Part shown: positions 59,611-64,000 of the stretch, piece after piece
Numbering within the stretch: the first letter of the stretch is position 1
Layout of the letters: every line of letters starts with the position of its first letter
Assembly: GCA_010093705.1 (NCBI GenBank)
Contig: MU006095.1
Location: 868,001 to 932,000, forward strand
Reading direction: 5' to 3'
Length of the DNA: 64,000 bases
Source of the DNA: Patellaria atrata CBS 101060
Taxonomy: Eukaryota
Program-made: the position numbers and the translations under genes
Notes under the pieces: generated by a model
Databases searched by the model: none
The model's input: only the letters and a program-made list of their open reading frames with translations
Told to the model about the DNA's origin: nothing

Positions 59611-61229
59611 ATCCACTACTTCTACACTCTACACCTTTTCCACATCATACCTTCTCCACCATACCTTCCACACCACACCTTCCCCATCGCACCCAACACA
59701 TCTCTAACACACTCCACCACCCTATCCAAACCATCTCAAACCCACACCCAGGGCCTCCACTCAACCTTTACCCGTAACACACTCTAGACCATACCCCACG
59801 CCGAGAGTATAAAGTCCAGTATAACTATACCCGACCCTGTGGAATCCAAGACTGCGTTAGGATGAGAGGGATACGGCACAGTACGGTAAGAGGAGGGGTG
59901 GTGAGTGAATGAGTGAATGGGGTTTAGAAGGAGAAAGAGGAAGTGGGGGAAATTGGGTTTGGCGATAGGGTTGATGAATACTAATTTACTGAGCTGGGAG
60001 ATGGTGATCAGGGTTAGGAGACGGGGGATGGGGGATGGATGGGGGATGGAGGATGGATGGAGACTGGAAAGTACACTTGGACGGTTGGGTGGGGTAGTAA
60101 TTAAGAGGGAGTCCTGGGAGGGAGACGGTTGGTGATTCGAGAGACGAGAGCGGAGGTTGGCACTGTACTTGGGTAGTTAAGGAGACGGTTACTGTTAGCA
60201 AGGATGGAAGCAGTAGGGAAGTTTTTTTTTCTCTTTTTCTTAGTGCTTCAGTTTATATAAATCACTTTCTATCATCGCCAATTTACCATATCAAGAAAAC
60301 TGGGCCATCACATAGGAAACACCCCCCTAACCAAACGTCCCCCATACATCCAGCCGATATCCTCTCCTAGATCCTACTACCCAAACCGCAACATATGCAT
60401 AGACAAGTGTTTCTTCAGTAGCACCGACAACCTAAGTACGTCCAAACCCCCCCATATCCGCAGAAATCGTTAACGGCGTAGTCCATCAAGACAAGCCTCA
60501 AGGCCATTAAGAATCTTACCTCAATTGTCGGGAATTTTGATACGTACCTCAACTTCCCAACCTTCCAACGCATCCGTTTGATTCCAAACCCTACTCCCCC
60601 ACCTCAAGTATCTACCGACGCAATGAATACTTTGGGAAGGAAACAAAGGTTTATCTGACCCAAACGTAACCTGGAGATATCGAAACGGATGAGGTGGAAA
60701 GAGCGTCAAATGGACGAAGGGTGGTAGAAGGTAGAGTAAATGGTGTAATGCGTAAATGGTTTGCAAGACTGAAAGGCACGTGGAGCTTTACTTTGAGACC
60801 GGGTGGGAGGAGGCTAACCTGGCAATAGTTGCAAAACCTCAAGGGCATAATAAACCTTTACAACGAAACCTTAAACATCACGATAATTACAAGTAATAAG
60901 TCATAGAGAAAGGTCTTTTTTTTTATTCCGCCATACAATCGTAAAGCCATGGAAACATGAGCTAAAGCAAGCCAATGTATGCCGATTAAGGCAAGGTCTA
61001 CCTACGAGCCGAGACGAACAGGAGGAGGATTAAGGAAATGACATTGCTGGGAAGACATGCTCAGGTTTGAATGTTGACTTTTTAAGGAGCTGTTTACCGC
61101 ATGTCAATTGAATCGCACACTGCACCCATGGCCTTTCCCACCCATACACTCCACATGCACTCCATCATGATGCCAAGCCAACTGTGGAATCGCAGTTATG
61201 CGTCCATCGAAACAGGAGAAACAAAGAAT

Positions 61230-62258
61230 CTACTCTGGCTTCTGCTCCTCAGCAGCAGCGGGAGGAGCGTCTGTTGTCTCCTTGGCCTCTGTCGCTGGCT
61301 GCTCATTTGATGGCTCGGCCTCGGAGGAAGTCCAGAGAGTCTATAATAGGTTAAAATTTTGATAGTTTGCAATAAGGAGCTCAATACATACCAAATTATC
61401 CCTGAGGAGTTGCATGATCAAAGTGGAATCTTTGTAGCTCTCCTCGCTGAGAGTATCGAGTTCTGTAACCATGTTAGGTGGATATGCAAATCTCATTTGA
61501 TAACGGAGAATATACATACCAGCAATGGCATCATCAAAAGCTTGTTTGGCGAGATGGCAAGCCTGATCTGGAGAATTAAGGATCTCGTAGTAGAAGACAG
61601 AGAAGTTAAGAGCGAGACCAAGGCGAATTGGGTGGGTCGGGGCAAGATCCGTCTGAGCAACTTCAGTAGCGGCCTTGTAAGCTTCGAGGGACTTGTCGGC
61701 GGAAGTCTTGCGCTTCTCGCTCGTGGCGAACTCAGCAAGGTAGCGGTGATAGTCACCCTTCCTAAAGTGGGAGCCTCAATTAGAACTCTGCTGATGCAAC
61801 TACCCATGCAAGTCAACTAGGGCTCACTCACATCTTGTGGTAGAACACCTTTGATTCACCGCTCTGCGCAGAGGGGATCAAGTGCTTATCTAGTACGACC
61901 AAGATATCTTCGCAGATGTTTCCAAGCTCTGACTCAATCTTCTGGCGGTATTCCTTAATGAGTGCAACCTGCGACTCATTGCCTTTAGATTCTTCCTTCT
62001 GTTCGATGGATGTGACGATTCTCCAAGACGCGCGACGAGCACCGATGACGTTCTTGTAGGCAACGGAAAGAAGGTTTCGCTCCTCAACGGAAAGCTCTTG
62101 ATCAGCGGATGCGACGGTCTTCATGTTCTCGACCATCTCTGGAAATGAGGTTAGACTGGTCTTTCGTGTAAGAAATAATCATAACCAAAAGGCCTACCTT
62201 CATATCGCTCGGCCTGCTCGGCAAGCTTTGCTAGGTAGACGGAGTCCTCGTAACCCAT
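61230..62258 (-). CDS. 14-3-3 protein (ArtA/Bmh-type), 4 introns
   Basis: [70 protein letters not shown] and [15 protein letters not shown]. Confidence 0.97.
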
Positions 62259-63654
62259 TTTGACTGTGATATTCTGTCGAGATTGGATTAGTTATGATGA
62301 TATTGGATATTCGAAGAATATCAGATCGCACGGAGATACTGAGGGTTCCAGTGAGAATGCGCGGTTGGTTGAGAAAGTGTGTTGAGTTGAGAATGAGAGG
62401 TAAGAAAACAAAGAGAAGAGCTAGCTGTGGAGTTAAAGAATACGCTAGCGTGACTTGTGAGGCAGTGTCCGAGACGACTTCACTTTGGATGACTGAATGT
62501 GAGTGTGTCTTTCGTCAATGCATGGACAATGCGAAAGTGAGGTTGGTTTATGTGCATGAGAAGCACCGGCTGATTACAGGGAGTTGAATCTGAGACATGA
62601 GACATCCAAAGAGGCTCAATATTCCTTAATCGTCAAGCGAACAGAAGCCGTCAAGAAATACTAAGAGACTCAGGCATGAGATAGATAGCATTGTCCGACA
62701 ACCGCGATCTCGAGACACTGCAAACACACACTGCAGTGTCGATGAAGGCGGGTGGCATAGGATGACGAAAGGGACATCAACCTCACCTATATATGACAAA
62801 GTAGGAATCGGCGGTGATGCGTAGGGTAAAATGGTAGATGCAGGACTTCGATGGGGTATAGACAGCGACAGCAATAGTTGAGAGATCGAACGTACGAATA
62901 ATGGAGTATTGTCGAGGAGGAAGAGTTTTTGTTTTGGAGATTGAGGTAATGGAAGATTGAAAGTCAAGTCTTTGGCTGGCAGGAAGATTGGGAAAGCGGG
63001 ACTTGGATTAGCGACAAAGTCTTGGCAGTAAGACCGGGGCTTAAAAGGATGTGCAAACAGTTGCAGTTTGACCACCACTCGTCCACTTCCCACTCTGAGA
63101 TGTCATTTAAGGTGGATGCCGCACGGGATCAAGAGGACTTGCGCATTTCCAGTCCTTTACTGGTACATCTTCAAAGATACAACAATACCTGCGTAAATCT
63201 GCTATGACTTATAACCAACCAATAATTTGACCAGCTTTAGTAGCCTTGTGACATGTCATTGCTACCTATCCCACGTGTAGAAAGTGGGATGAATCAATCT
63301 TGCTTAGCAGTTAAATGTGTAGTAAGGTAGTTAAGATCTAAGAAATACAGAATGCTATCTATTAATACCATGTCTCTAATTCATGCTGAGACCAAATGCA
63401 TCTAACCACTATAGATTCCCTGTATGAGATCATGTCTGTTGTTAATATTTCTTTACTATCTGAACAAAAGTCACGTGCTGTAACTCCGTCCCTCTTTCCT
63501 CGTGACGCCAGGGTAGGTGCATCATACCTTCCTCAAAAGCTCCTCACGATTGGATCACCCCATCTCCAATATACCGTACAGCAGACCCATTTAAATACCT
63601 ACAACTCCCGTCCAACCCCAAGTATCCTTCCAATTCAAAACAAACTCAACAACA

Positions 63655-64000
63655 ATGATGCGAACATCCATCATCCGATCAATTCGCCCACTTCAAGCTA
63701 CCCGTGCTCTATCCACCACCGCGAGAGCTATGACAGAGGGTGCAACTGGCTCCGGGTCGTCACGCCCGGGAGGTATGCGTTCAGGGTGAGTGTATAACGT
63801 AATTCCACCACATGAGGTTGTAGTACTGATGGTGTTCCCTTCACAGCGATGCCTTCAGCAAGCGTGAGCATGCCAGCGAGGAATTGTATATCCGAGCGGA
63901 AGAGAAGCAGAAGTGAGTTCATCCAACGACTTCGATGAGGATTGGAGGATCATATACTGATCCTGTTGTAATATAGGCTCCGTGCTCTCCAAGAGAGACT
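63655..64000 (+). CDS. Mitochondrial F1Fo-ATPase inhibitor (IATP/Inh1-like), 3'-truncated by the window end
   Basis: Not in the ORF track. Spliced MMRTSIIRSIRPLQATRALSTTARAMTEGATGSGSSRPGGMRSG|DAFSKREHASEELYIRAEEKQK|LRALQER: a presequence plus the FxKRExAxE motif. Confidence 0.85.

Overview
Intron-rich, gene-dense chromosomal segment of a filamentous ascomycete (Pezizomycotina, judged from short GT-AG introns with CTAAC branch points and from gene content). About 24 protein-coding genes are supported. In order: ACR3 arsenite exporter, an amino-acid/choline permease, two orphan ORFs, an SBDS/Rtc3-like protein, an F-box-like hypothetical protein, a 2OG-Fe(II) oxygenase, a Bem46-like hydrolase, an Amt/Mep transporter, a 1375-aa mosaic protein kinase, FRG1, a Zn-dependent dehydrogenase, noxD/pro41, noxA, RAD50, white collar-2, a hemerythrin-like protein, PXA1, an atypical P450, SDH4, MPP-beta, a short coiled-coil protein, 14-3-3 and a partial ATPase inhibitor. 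The most notable observations are (i) noxD and noxA, the two membrane subunits of one NADPH oxidase complex, lying head-to-head, (ii) an intronless kinase whose tail looks assembled from fragments of unrelated domains, (iii) an atypical P450, and (iv) a recurring C-rich to G-rich strand switch inside genes. No tRNA, rRNA, transposon or CRISPR array was recognised. There is a 100-N assembly gap inside a minisatellite. All family calls come from motif recognition by eye; no searches were run.
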